Assembly: GCA_028534125.1 (NCBI GenBank)
Contig: CM052817.1
Location: forward strand, 96,164,001 to 96,228,000
Length of the DNA stretch: 64,000 bases
Source of the DNA: Lama glama
Lineage: Eukaryota
Direction: 5' to 3'
The position numbers and the translations under genes are program-made. This document shows positions 14,150 through 26,200 of the stretch, piece by piece; the first letter of the stretch is position 1; every line of letters starts with the position of its first letter. The notes under the pieces are model-generated. The model saw nothing but the letters and a program-made list of their open reading frames with translations. It was not told the origin of the DNA and did not search any database.

Positions 14150-14318
14150 GGGGGAGGGTATAGCTCAAGTGGTAGAGCACATGCGTAGCACGCACAAGGT
14201 CCTGGGTTCAATCTGCAGTGCCTCCTCTAAAGATAAATACATAAATAAGCTCAATTACCTCATCCTCCCCCCAAAATAAAATTATAAAAATACAAATCTT
14301 AAAAAATAATAATAAAGA
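14150..14318 (+). mobile_element. Vic-1-type SINE
   Basis: ggggagggtatagctcaagtggtagagc...ggtcctgggttcaatc...caattacctc, plus A-rich tail. Confidence 0.88.
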
Positions 14319-15910
14319 AAGAGATAAATGCATTAAAAACAAGAAATACTTCAAAACACTAAAAAAGTTTTTTATGTGAACTTTTCTCCCTTCTTCCCTC
14401 CCTCCTTTCTCGCTCTTTCCCTTTTTTCCTTTCTTTTCCTCCCTTCTCTTCCTCTTTTTAAAACAAAATAGCTGATCAGAGGACTAGATTGAAGTAAGCA
14501 TTAGATTAGAACAGGCTAGGCTATATAAAACATTTCTTAATGATATAATTTTCTTTTCAGAAGAGATTTTAATGTAATATACAACAAAAAGAACACAACA
14601 GAAAACGCAATGCAAAATAAATTCCTCTGATAGGACTTTTTTCTTCCAGCAAAAGTACTAGTTAACATCTCAGCCTGACATCACAGGAGAAATCTGTCCT
14701 CAGGCCCTGACTGAGCCTTTTACTCACCACCTACATTAGTTGGAGACCTTTTGTCCCAGCAGGAAGGCAAGGGACAGTCTCTAAATCTCATATGGGAAAT
14801 GTCCTCAGAAACATAGATTTTTCTAAAAAAGAAAACATGCAAGTAAGTTTGGAAAGCATTTTATCATAGGCCTTAAGAGGGAGAAAGAATGCAGTTCATA
14901 GCGAATTCCACCAAGGCAATCAGAATTTCACCCTAATAAGTGTTTTAAATGCTCCAAATTGGAAAATTTCTATTACCTTCCTTACAGATCACTGAAAATA
15001 AGTGCCTGGCCGTGCTCTACCTGAGGTACAGTCACTCTGTTTTCAAGCTCAAAACAGATATTGATTTTCATTTCAAACTCTAATGCCAAAATTAGCAGTG
15101 TCAGGTTGAATTAGAGGTGGATGGTTTAGAGAGTTCAACAGTGAGCCAGCAGCACAGCCAGACTGCTTCTTCTGTTTTTTTGTTTTTTCTTTTCATGTCT
15201 TTAATACAACAAAACATGGAATACAAGACACCCTTCAGTTTCACAGCATTGGCAAAGAAATATCTAGTCCAATTTCACTCATATGTCTTTAGCATATCAG
15301 TTTCCTTCAAGTGACAATTAAAGAGTAATAAGTACATCTAGTTTGAGGATTATTATAGTTTGCTTTGATCTCCTTCTGCTGGGCCTTTTGCTTCTTATTT
15401 AGCTTTGGAAATACCAAGATTCGTCTAGCAGTTTAAATTGACAGAGCATTTCATCTGCATTGTCCCAGCGAGGGGGAGGAGGCTCAGTTATTGAGTTGGT
15501 CCGTCGGCAGAGTGTGCATGTTTTACATCTGGGATTGATGGAACAGAAAGAGCTACAAATTGCACCATGAGAGCTTCTCTCACATGGAACAGTCAATCAA
15601 AGGAACAGACTGGAATAGGGACATTTGGAGCATTCATCCACTGTGAGGAGCAAATGCCCACAAACCTAAGTCACCTAGACTTGATTTATCAATAAGGAAG
15701 AGCGTCTTTTTGATAAGAGTGGCTTATTTATCAATAAGGATGAATACTGCCAAATGGCTTCAGAGAGCAGGGAGGGAAAGGAATGAGCATTGACATCTTC
15801 CTTATTCTAGGAAATACCCCTATGTCTGTAGGAGTACTATCCCATCATATCTGGTTGTTGCTTCTCCTTACTCTGAATGAAACTGGCTTTTATTAGATGT
15901 ATTTGGAATA

Positions 15911-15920
15911 TGTGTGTACG

Positions 15921-15959
<39 letters not shown>

Positions 15960-15990
15960 GATTGAGAGAGAGAGGGTGAGAGAGGGAGTG
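15911..15990 (+). repeat. Compound (TG)n/(GA)n microsatellite
   Basis: tgtgtgtacgtgtgtgtgagagagagagagagagagagagag. Confidence 0.92.
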
Positions 15991-16120
15991 AAGGGAAGCA
16001 AGGCTGCGGAGGGGAGGCAGAGGAGACAAGTAAGCGTGAACAGGTAAACAGCAGCAGAGGTAGAATCTAGAGGTCTTCAAATATGGGTTTCCCAGGATAA
16101 ATAGGATTGATGTAATAAAT

Positions 16121-16578
16121 AAGAATGAAATAATGCTATTTGCAGCAACATGAATAGACCTAGAGATTATCATACTAAGTGAAGTAAGTCAGACAGAGAA
16201 AGACAAACATTATATGATAAAATTTACCTGTGGAATCTAAAAATAGTTGATACATGAATAAATGAACTTATTTACAAACCAGAAACTGACTCACAAACAT
16301 AGAAAACAAACTCATGGTTACCAAAGGGGAAGAGGGGGAGGGATAAATTGGGAGTATGGGTGCATTCTACCATAATTAAAGTAGATAAACAACAAGGTCC
16401 TACTCTATAGCATAGGCAACTATATTCAATATCTTGTAATAAAGTATAATGGAAAAGAATAGAAAAAAGAATATAGATATATATACACATACATGTATAA
16501 CTGAATCCCTTTGCTGTACATCTGAAACTGACACAATATTGTAAATCAACAATGCTTTGCTAAAAAAATAATAAAAGA
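16121..16578 (+). mobile_element. 5'-truncated L1 3' end with 16-bp TSD (1 mismatch)
   Basis: TSD gattgatgtaataaat (16105-16120) / gattgatgtagtaaat (16579-16594); L1 3'UTR tttgcagcaacatg...ctaagtgaagtaagtcagacagagaaagac. Confidence 0.9.
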
Positions 16579-16794
16579 GATTGATGTAGTAAATGCCAAT
16601 GAAGTTCCACAAGCCGCCTTCTCATATACTTTCTAGTTCCACAAAGGGTGTAGCCCAGTTACTGAGTTACTTTCTAAGCATAGTATGGAGAGTCAGTAAT
16701 CCTCTCTGATGGGTGGGACGAGGGCACGTCTCTGTGTTCCCAGTTGTGATGTATGCCTGTCTCATCAACCACGGAAATATACTGTCATCTTCTT

Positions 16795-16915
16795 ACTCGT
16801 CTGAATGTGAGCCCTTTGATGGCAGGGATTGTGTTTTATTCATTTCGTACTTCCAGGGGCCTGGAAAATGTCTGGCTTATGGTTTGTACTCAAGTTTAGT
16901 GAACGAATGAATGGT
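16795..16915 (+). mobile_element. L2 3' end
   Basis: gaatgtgagccctttgatggcagggattgtgttttattc...gtgaacgaatgaatg. Confidence 0.7.
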
Positions 16916-19900
16916 GAGATATGTGGCCACTCCCTGTGGGGATGTGTAGGGAGGTACTGGAGGTGGACATGGGGAGTGGTCCCCCATGCTGTAATATTTT
17001 ATGAGTAAAAATCTGAAAAATTAAGAGGAAAGTGGAGAGAGAGTCCCTGTCATTCACCATCAATAAACCAAGAACCAGAGAGCAAATACTGAACATTAAC
17101 ACCCAGATGCCTGGTGTGGGTGTTGGACTATCACCAATTTTGATCAAGCATGTGCCAAAAGCACATCTGGGGATATTGGATGAAGGGTCTGGGGAGGACA
17201 GTGGCAGAAGCTGGTGGATGGGTGGGTAAGGCAGGAATGGAGCAAGAGGAATGGGCATTTTCATGATCTCATGGAACTGTTTAGAATTGGTGGCAAATCA
17301 CCAGATATAAGTTACTTGTTTATGGAAGATTATGTGGACAGAGGCTATTATTCACAATTACTCTGCTTGTAGCTCTTAAGGTTTGTTATTGTTAATGTAT
17401 CACCATTCTTTGTGGAAATCAGGAGAGCAGACAGATCACACAAGTATATGGTTTCTACGATGAGTGTTTTTCTAAAGGGCAGGGGGCAATCTGGGCCGAA
17501 TAAGAGAAAGAAGACATTTGTTGGCAAGAACCAAAGGCTCGGGGCAGGCAGGGAGAGCGCCCCTGGCCGAGGAGCGGGGACTGGCATGCGCTGCTGGGCG
17601 CGCGGGAGCTGACCTCCACTGGTTGGCCGTGGCAGTATTCTCTGCCTGTTGTAGCAGATAAAGCTTGTCTAGGCAATCGAGAGAGAGAGGAAATGAAGAA
17701 TGCCTTTTCCTTCCTGTTTTGGCCATTAAGTAAAGTTTAGCTAAAGTCTGAAATATAGACCATAGTTCAGTTATTAAATATAGTCCTACTAATACTCCGG
17801 GGGCAGAAGGCCACTGAAACGACAGTTGATAGGAACAATATTTGTGCTTTTGAAACCCCAGGTCTTTCTTGCATCATGCTGCATTAGTGTTTTCAATAAC
17901 CTATGGAACAGCACAGTCACGTAGCAATAGTGTGAAGACCCTCAGGTTTGTTATTCAAATGCTAATCTAGAGATGGTGATAGGTTTTCTAATAAACATTT
18001 TTTCCTCTGGCCTTTAGTACTGGCCTCTAGCACTCGCATGGACAGAAAGGGCCCTGCTACCTCACAATGGCTTTCTCTCAGTGTGTTCTGTCTAAAGAAT
18101 GCCACAACAGGAAAACCTGTTTGCAAAGAGATGCTTTGCTTTCTCTATTGCAATTGGGAAGCACAGCTAGTTTACTCTGTCTAAACACCCAGCTCAGCGA
18201 TTGATGTTAGAGAAAGAAGCTCAGGCCCCTAGAGTGAGTGGAGTTTATAGACTAGTCTTCAGCTTGTAGATCCTCTGTACCAGCCCTAGGGGAGGACAGA
18301 TTTTATAAATAAAATATTTGTGAACAGCAGTAGTCACAGCATTATTACAAAGTTTAAAAAAAAAGATATCAAAGGGCACGGTTACATGAAGCCAGCAACA
18401 AGCCAGCATTTGCTTCTCTGAAACATGCAGGGCTGCACCAGCAGGTAGGACTTGTTAGTTTGCTCAGAGAAGGATGGAGAGTTGTATGGAAAACCCAGGG
18501 ATGTTAAAAATGTCTCAAACTCCACATACACTTGGTGCCGATTTTCCAGCTGGCTTAACATTACAATGTTAGCTCTTTGTACTTGTGAAGCTGTTGTGCC
18601 GTTTGATGGTGAACTCGAACTTGAGAAATTAAAGTAGTCACGATTTGCCCTTTGGTCTGATCCTGAGGCCAATATTCGAACACAGTGAAATAAGGGTTCA
18701 CAAGTATTTTCCAGACAATTTCAGTTTAAACAAAACTATTAATATCAGGTCATTTTTATCTGTTGTTGTTGGGTCGGGGGCAGTGGTGTTGTCTCTCTTC
18801 CTCTCCCACTGAGATAAAAGTATGTTTAGAGAAATGCTGGTGGGAACTGTTCCTCATTTCCCCAGTTTCATGGGTTGGTCTGGTTTCTGGCCCGTTCCAG
18901 GCGTAACTGCGATACAAATTTAAGGTTCTGCACCACATGTCCTCGGGGAGCTCGGAGAAGGACCCAGAACCAAGTCAAGCCTATCCCAGGAGCTGGTTTA
19001 TTTCTGAGGCTTCAATTCAAAAGGCCTGTTAGTCTTAAAATGAATGAATGTCTCCTGACTCAACAAATTATAGTTTATGGAAATTCAACTCTCATGTTTG
19101 AACAGAATCAGACTCTGATTTTCTTTAGTGAAGTCTTTAATCAGGTTTAGAGGTCTATTTTTTTTAAGCTTATGTTTTCAAAATCCTGTAAGTAGACGTT
19201 ACAGCTATGAAGTTTGAAACGATACATAATATGAATAGCATTTGCAGAACAGAATAAAATTAGGTCTCTGAAGTCTAACAGTAGTTTTTGTCCAAAAACT
19301 ATTCTGTGATTGGCCTATCAAAAGTTTCCCTATTTGTTTAAGAATGTAAAGGAATATCTCTTTAACAGGATTAAGAAAAGTTGCCCCTGTATCCACAGAT
19401 GAATTTTCAATACAAACTAATCATCTTCTAAACTATTCCATCGCAAAGACAGTCTTAGATGGTGGGCGGCTATGCTGGGCCTCTAACTCTTTTTATAGTC
19501 TAGGAAATAACCCTCAATTACATAAATTAGAGTAGATCAATTAAAGAAAACAAGGGCATAAAGATTATGAAGAAGATTCTCTTGTGTCGCAAATTATGCA
19601 TGAAAAACAATTGTTCCTCTCCTATTCTTTAGTAATCAGTAATCTTTCTAGAACAAATATATTCAAGTAAGCTTCCAATGCACACTTTGTACATTGCATA
19701 CATAATCAGTGTTGAAATGAGAGCTGGATGTTGGTGAGTAATATTTTTTGAATTGAGGGTCAAGGCTGCCTTGTATTCCTCTGGGTAAGACATGGAAGTT
19801 GCAGGAGATTTTAGTTGAGTATTATCCCTAAACAGTTTTTTTTTTTTTATATAGACTTGTCTCTTTGCTCCCTTTTACTTACTCTTTCTTTAGTATGGTG

Positions 19901-22900
19901 TAGTATACATAATTTAAATAACCAGGGAATGTCTCTGGGCTCAAAACCACCTGCTGGCTTATATTAGCTAATTAATGGTGATTTATCTGAGTTACTAATT
20001 TGAGTGGAGCTGATTGCCTTTAGGAATTTCGGAAGCGTTGTTAAGAATTCTGATTAAAATTATGCCTTTGTGATGGACAGTCTCCTTAACAGGCTTAAAA
20101 AAATGTTGCCTGTTAGCAAATTAAAAAAAAAAATACCCAAAACAACTGCCAAATCGATGACCTTGTGCTGTTTTCTGGCTCAGAGCATGTCTTATAGCAG
20201 CTTGCTTCCCCCTCTGCAATTCAATGTTATCTCTGCCAGTCGTCTTCTCATTTTGTCTCTTACATTACGGTTTATTTGCCTTTGACTGCTTGAAAAATAG
20301 AACTGATCTGGAATCCACAGAGCTTAATCAATTTCACAAAAACTAATACAGTAGATTTATTTTAGCCAAACTTATGTGTCAGGTTGGCTTGATTCCCAGG
20401 GCCTGAATGTGTGAATTTAATGGTGGTACAATGTCTGAGGTAGGAATATAATAGAAAGCTCTCAGCAGTGTATCTATTGGATCAGTGCAATTTCTTTCTT
20501 TCTTTCTTTTTTTCCTCTCTGCCGATCTCAGTGTCTCTTAAGGCAATGGAGTCTGTAGACAACAAAAGCTGGCCATCTCTCTTACAGTGTTCCCACAGCT
20601 GTTACAGCCACCCAAGAATCACCTCCCTAGATAAAGTACATAGCAGGCAACTGTTAAATACACAGTGAGGTTTTCGTGAAACATTGATTTTATTAACTGT
20701 GTTCAATTTTGACTTCAGGAAAATGAGTAGTAATGAACATATGATTACTGCTTTGAGTCTTCTGGATTTAAAAATAGTTTGTCTAACCTAGGCAATTGCC
20801 TCTCAGCCCCCCTTCCCCTGCAAAAAGCAATGCAAGTAATGATAAAATACATACAGGGCTTAAAGTGTATATATTTTCAGTTTCTACTTATTAATTCACA
20901 AATGTCTTTTAAGGAAGAAGGTACTTTTTGCATATTCACATTGAAAAATAGGCATAAAGGAATTCAGGTCTGGAATTCAGGGTTTTTGAGTACAAGCCAC
21001 CCGTTCTCCCTGTATTGGTGCCTTATAATAAATGCTGCACTTTCCTTCACCAGACACACACACAAATAATCAGGGCTAAAAAAGAGATAAGAATTGAGTT
21101 TTCAATGACCTCAGACTTACAGTTTGTCTGGCTTATCTAATACTAAGCACTGTGACTGACATATGGTTTGCCTCTTTTCCCGACTTCTGATACACTTCTA
21201 GGATATGGACACCTTCCTTAAAAAAATAATAAACAATATTTGCCCATAATTTCTACATTAGTTATCAAAGTTGACAACCAAACAGAGCTTTATTATTTGA
21301 GTTTTGAGCTGCAAACAGATAGCTAAAGTTATATCTGGATTTGGGACTTGCAGTCTGTTCTCTAGTGATGACATTTTCCTAGCAGTCAGTGCTTTTACAT
21401 TTTCAATAGTTCTCTCACCTCTTTAGTTACTTAGAGTTAGGACTTTTAGTTCCCAGAACTTCTCTCATCTCTCTTTTTTCAGTTGTGCAACTTCCAGTTT
21501 CTCAGGACTTGCAGGGCTCCTCAGTCATGCTAAATTCAACCATTCTCTCCTCTGTTTGCTTGCGCTCTGCTTCTGATGTACTTCCTCCATACCCCTCCAT
21601 CCCACAACACCTGCCCCTGAACTATGGCTGCTTTAAGTAAAGGAGAAGCTCTTTTTAAAAGTAAATGAGCTCTTCTTAATCTCTTCATTTACTTTATGCT
21701 CAAGAGCCATATATTCTTGAGAATTGGGATGAAAAATTGTTCTGATCTTCTTTATAGATACTTAGTCCTCCTATTTCTGACTTTACTAAGTACAAGGCTG
21801 CAAGGCATTTTTGTTGATGGCAATCCAAGTCAAAGTCCAGCTCATTGCATAGTGGTTATAGATCTCAGGCATCCCCACTTTCACTGGAACATAGTGTAGA
21901 GTATGGTAGAACACAGTATTCATTCGTATGCAAATTAATGTACATATGGTGAGATTGCAAAGGGTTTGTTAAAGGTGATGAACAATGGAATTGAAGCTAG
22001 TGCTCTTAAGGTAACACAGAGAGTGGATGTACTTAGCTTATAACTTTCAGATAAATTTAGTTAAATGACATATTTTTAAAAAATGTAATATCCTTCAGTG
22101 GTTAACTGATTGAAGGCAGAGAGCATAGCAAACAGAGAAATAGAGGTGGTATCAGTTTCTTTAATCTTAGTCACCATCTACAGTGAGCTCTGAAAGTGGA
22201 AGTCATAGACCGTGACCTCCAAACTTGCTGCACTTATAGACTTCACCAAGAAGCCTGTTTTTTTCCATCTGCACCTTATTCCTTTTTCAGAGATGGCAAT
22301 TAATATTTATAGGCTGACTCTATGCAAGTTCTACACTTTGTTATAGTGAAAAGATGACACTAAACAACAGGGTTGATTACTGCTAAGCCAGAGGAGAGGC
22401 GAGTGATGACACCGACCTGAATTTAATTCTCACATTTCCATCCTTCTCCTATGGCAGTGCAACACAGTTATGTTCCCAGAGCACAGAAGTGGAGGAAAGA
22501 CCCCAAAAGAATCTTAATCATTTTTTTGAAAGTCTAACTTGTGGATTGGGTGTTCTTGATGATTTCTATTCTAATGCTCAGAACTAGTTTGCCATTGAGT
22601 ATTCGATCATCTTGTGATCTGCTCCATTTCAACAGTGGTAGAGGGGAGAAAACAGACTCCAAATCACAGCTACTGTCTTGTGCAAGGTTCTTATTAAAAA
22701 CAGCATATTCCTGTAGCCCAGAGGGCTGACAGCCTCTTCCGAAGCAGAAATGCTGCTCTAAGCGAACCTCAAGGGGCTACTCGAGAGCGATGCAGCCTTC
22801 AACCCTCTCATGGGGCGGAGGGCACTATAGTATCCTATCCAATCACAACTCCAAGCCTCTGTCACCCCAATAAGAAATATTCCTTAAGGCATTACTGATA

Positions 22901-25293
22901 TGCAGTTCCCTGGTTATTCAGTTAATAAGTATTTCAATAAGAATAATTAATTTTAGAGAGAAAAAAATACTTTAAAATGGAATCCATTTAGGAGACTACA
23001 TATACCTAGGCTCAGTTAGGTAACAGGGTTTGGGTTTTTTTTTTATTATGTTCAAACACAGATATCATTTGCTTCTTTTATATCACTTGTGCTTGACATT
23101 TTATCTACAGATGATCAAAATATAATAAAAGGATCACCTCCAGACTGAGGTTCTTAACAGTGATGAGCAAAGTGATGCTTGGAGACATGGTGCTGAGAAA
23201 CAGAAATGTACTGAATAAATTCAGTTCAAAAAGGATGATCGTGTCCTGAGGTGACACTAACGTCGGTGTTTTTTCTTATTGTCTGCCCAAAGTGACAGCA
23301 ATTACAAAGAGATTGTTTTTCTTTTTTTTCTCATTTCCACCCCCCACCTCCACAAAGATCATCAGTTTCCAGTTTACTGATTAAACTATTTCACTTTTTG
23401 ATGCAGAGGCTTGTTGACTCTCAGTTTGGCCATACGCATTATTTAAATATTTTTATATGTGTTTCCCTCCAAAATAATCTTCATTAAATGTTATGTCAGA
23501 TTTTAATATATTCATTATTCTATAAGTCATAAAAATGTGATGAAAGCTTTGGAAGAATTTTAGGACTTACTTAAAAATAGTTAGCCTCGTATACCTTAAA
23601 GGCTTGTACAGATAGGTAGGTTTTCAAGTGTAATTATCTGCTATTTTTAAAATTTAGAGCATTATGTCTTCAGTATAAAAAAAAGTGTATTAAGGTAAAT
23701 TTAAATGGAAGACACAATTTTTATAGAAAGTAATTCTCTGTAAGTTAAATTGTAATTTAAACGCCAAGTTATTTCTTTGAAAGAAACTAAAATCACAATT
23801 AGGTAAAATGCATTCAACCTTTCAGGTTTTGACTTCTAAATCAAAGAATGGGATAAATCTGAAAATAAAACTCAATTTTTATCTTATCTATAAGAATGAG
23901 AGCATTTTATGTAATGTCTCCCTGAAAGTATCTTTGGAAATAAGAACATGATCCTTCAGTGACAACAAGGTATTCATCGTTCCTACTTCAGCACAAACAC
24001 AGTGGATCTGGTTTGTAATGTGGCCCCAAACCAAGTGAATTGATTAGAAAGGCAGCCTTCCAAAGACGAGTAGACCTTGGCACTTGCCCAGATTTACCAT
24101 TTTAAATGATGATGATACTCTCTGGGTGGGGAGAAAAAAGAATCTTGATCCAGGAGTGCAAATTCAAAGGATATAAATCAACTGTCAATAACACTGACAG
24201 AAATGTTTTTAAAGCTTCAACTCTCTTGAGGGGACTGTTGCTCGGACTGTATGGCCTCTGTCATAAACACACACTCAGGTCAGACAGTTGAATTCTCCAG
24301 GAGAGCAGAACGTGAAGGGCAAGTTGGGGGTTTCAGAAATGGAGTCCATCTGGGGAGCACAGAGGGCATGAGTCAAAAAATTATTTACTCAGACTCACAG
24401 TGTCTCAGTTCAGCTGTTCTCACCTAAATGTTAGGAAGAAAGCAATCAGATTAACCAACCAATTCTCATGAATGAACGGTCATAACCTTCTTACAAATGT
24501 TTGCATTTAAAAATGAATGTTTGTTAACTTAAAGAAATACCTAATTACTGAACCTCAAACAAGAAGCAAGACGTATGTAAGCCAATAATTCTGACATGTG
24601 AGAAAAAATGCTTTTGATTAGGAGATCATTATGTACAAGCCTGGTCTTTGGCCTGGCATCTGCCACAGGACATAGTCCTCCTTTCATTTACTGTTTTCAT
24701 TGCTGCTTCTCTTTCTTTATTTCTGTACCAATAGGTACTCTTAAAAACAAAGTTTACAATTCATTGCAACATTCTTACTGGGTTGATACTGGATGAGGAA
24801 GTATCATTGCTTGGATGGGATAGGCAGAGTTAAATGTTTCTAAATGAATATTTTAATGATATATTTATTGCACATGGACTACCTATCTGATAAAAAATTA
24901 AACAAGAAAACTCAACAAGTAGTTTTTAAAAGTAGGTTTGTGAGAAAGCCATTAATCTCATAACTCCTAAATTCTACTGCAGTGATTTTCAAAACTGGAT
25001 TAAATGACATTATATATAAATATATTTCAGCATTAGGTTTTATGGGATCTTTGGCAGAGGATGAAATCACAAGGTTTAATGAATTGTTAAATAACTCTTC
25101 CTCAATCAATTTATAACACAGGAAGGAAATATAGCCTCTAGTTTGGTTATAAGGGATTGTGAGAAGGGTTGTGTATTGGGAGGAAGCCTTGGTGGGTAAA
25201 TCAGTGTCACTAGAACATTAAGATGCTGTTCACTTCTTAAATGAATTAAGGTTAAAGAATATCATTGACAAATTTCAATCAGAATTCCTTTAG

Positions 25294-25400
25294 AATAAAT
25301 ATGAAAATGAATATATGTATGCATATGCATGACTGGGACATTGTGCTGTATACCAGAAATTGACACATTGCAATGGATTAAACTTCAATTAAAAAAAAAA
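25294..25400 (+). mobile_element. Very short L1 3' end with 13-bp TSD
   Basis: Perfect TSD agaattcctttag at 25281-25293 and 25401-25413; tgctgtataccagaaattgacacattg plus poly(A). Confidence 0.88.
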
Positions 25401-25629
25401 AGAATTCCTTTAGGATCATTCACGCAATCATGCTGTAAACAAAACATTTAGTTTATCACTGTTTCAGCAAGTTGGCATTAAGATCTCTAGGGCTTCCTTA
25501 GGTTTCCTTCATATTATTTTTCACCTCTAGATTTTGACATAAGAAAAAAATGTTTTTTTATGATCCTAGTGCAAAAATGTCCTTCTATTTATGATACTGT
25601 GAATTATCCCCCTTGTAGTTAATTATATC

Positions 25630-25750
25630 CAGTCTCAGGAATCAGAAAGGCCTGGTTTTAGTCCAAGTTCTACCCACCTCTGGCTGGGTCACTGGAGTCA
25701 AAATACTTAGCTTCCCCAAACCTCCATTTTCTCAGTTACAAAATAGAGCT
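25630..25750 (+). mobile_element. MIR SINE
   Basis: ggaatcagaaaggcctggttttagtccaagttct...aaacctccattttctcagttacaaaatag resembles the MIR core. Confidence 0.6.
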
Positions 25751-25974
25751 CCTCCATTGTCTTTCTGTTGGTTTTGACAACCGACCTTGGAGCCTCACCC
25801 TTCTGCTCTAATTGTCCGCACCTCAGATCTTTCTCTGCCTTTTCTTCTCCCCAGATGAAAACTTATTGTTTTGTCCCATTGCCTCAAGGCCTTGCTAACA
25901 TGTTAGCTAACTAATAATTCCCCTCCCAGATAACAAAATGCCTTAATTTAGTGGAAGCAGACGTTTCTTCCTGA

Positions 25975-26200
25975 TGATAATAACTTATATTTGTATAATG
26001 ATTTCTAGTTGACAGCGCCTATACATATATAATCTCAGTTAATTCACATGGCATCCCTGAGGTAGGATGTTACTATGCATGTTGAGTAGATGAGGAAACC
26101 AATACTAAGAAGAGGGCAAGAAATTTTCTCAAGAATATGTGCATAATTTGGGACTCAAATTCCAGGCCCGATGACCCAAAGTCCTGTATTCATTCTTCTT
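25975..26200 (-). mobile_element. MIR SINE
   Basis: ...tagatgaggaaaccaatac...gggactcaaattccaggcc...gacccaaagtcc. Confidence 0.65.

Noticed and set aside
16896..17726. Cluster of overlapping 65-122 aa ORFs
   Set aside because: No recognisable protein similarity or exon structure; explained by locally higher GC reducing stop frequency
23987..24006. REST/NRSE-like ttcagcac...acag
   Set aside because: Wrong half-site spacing and no GGACAG core
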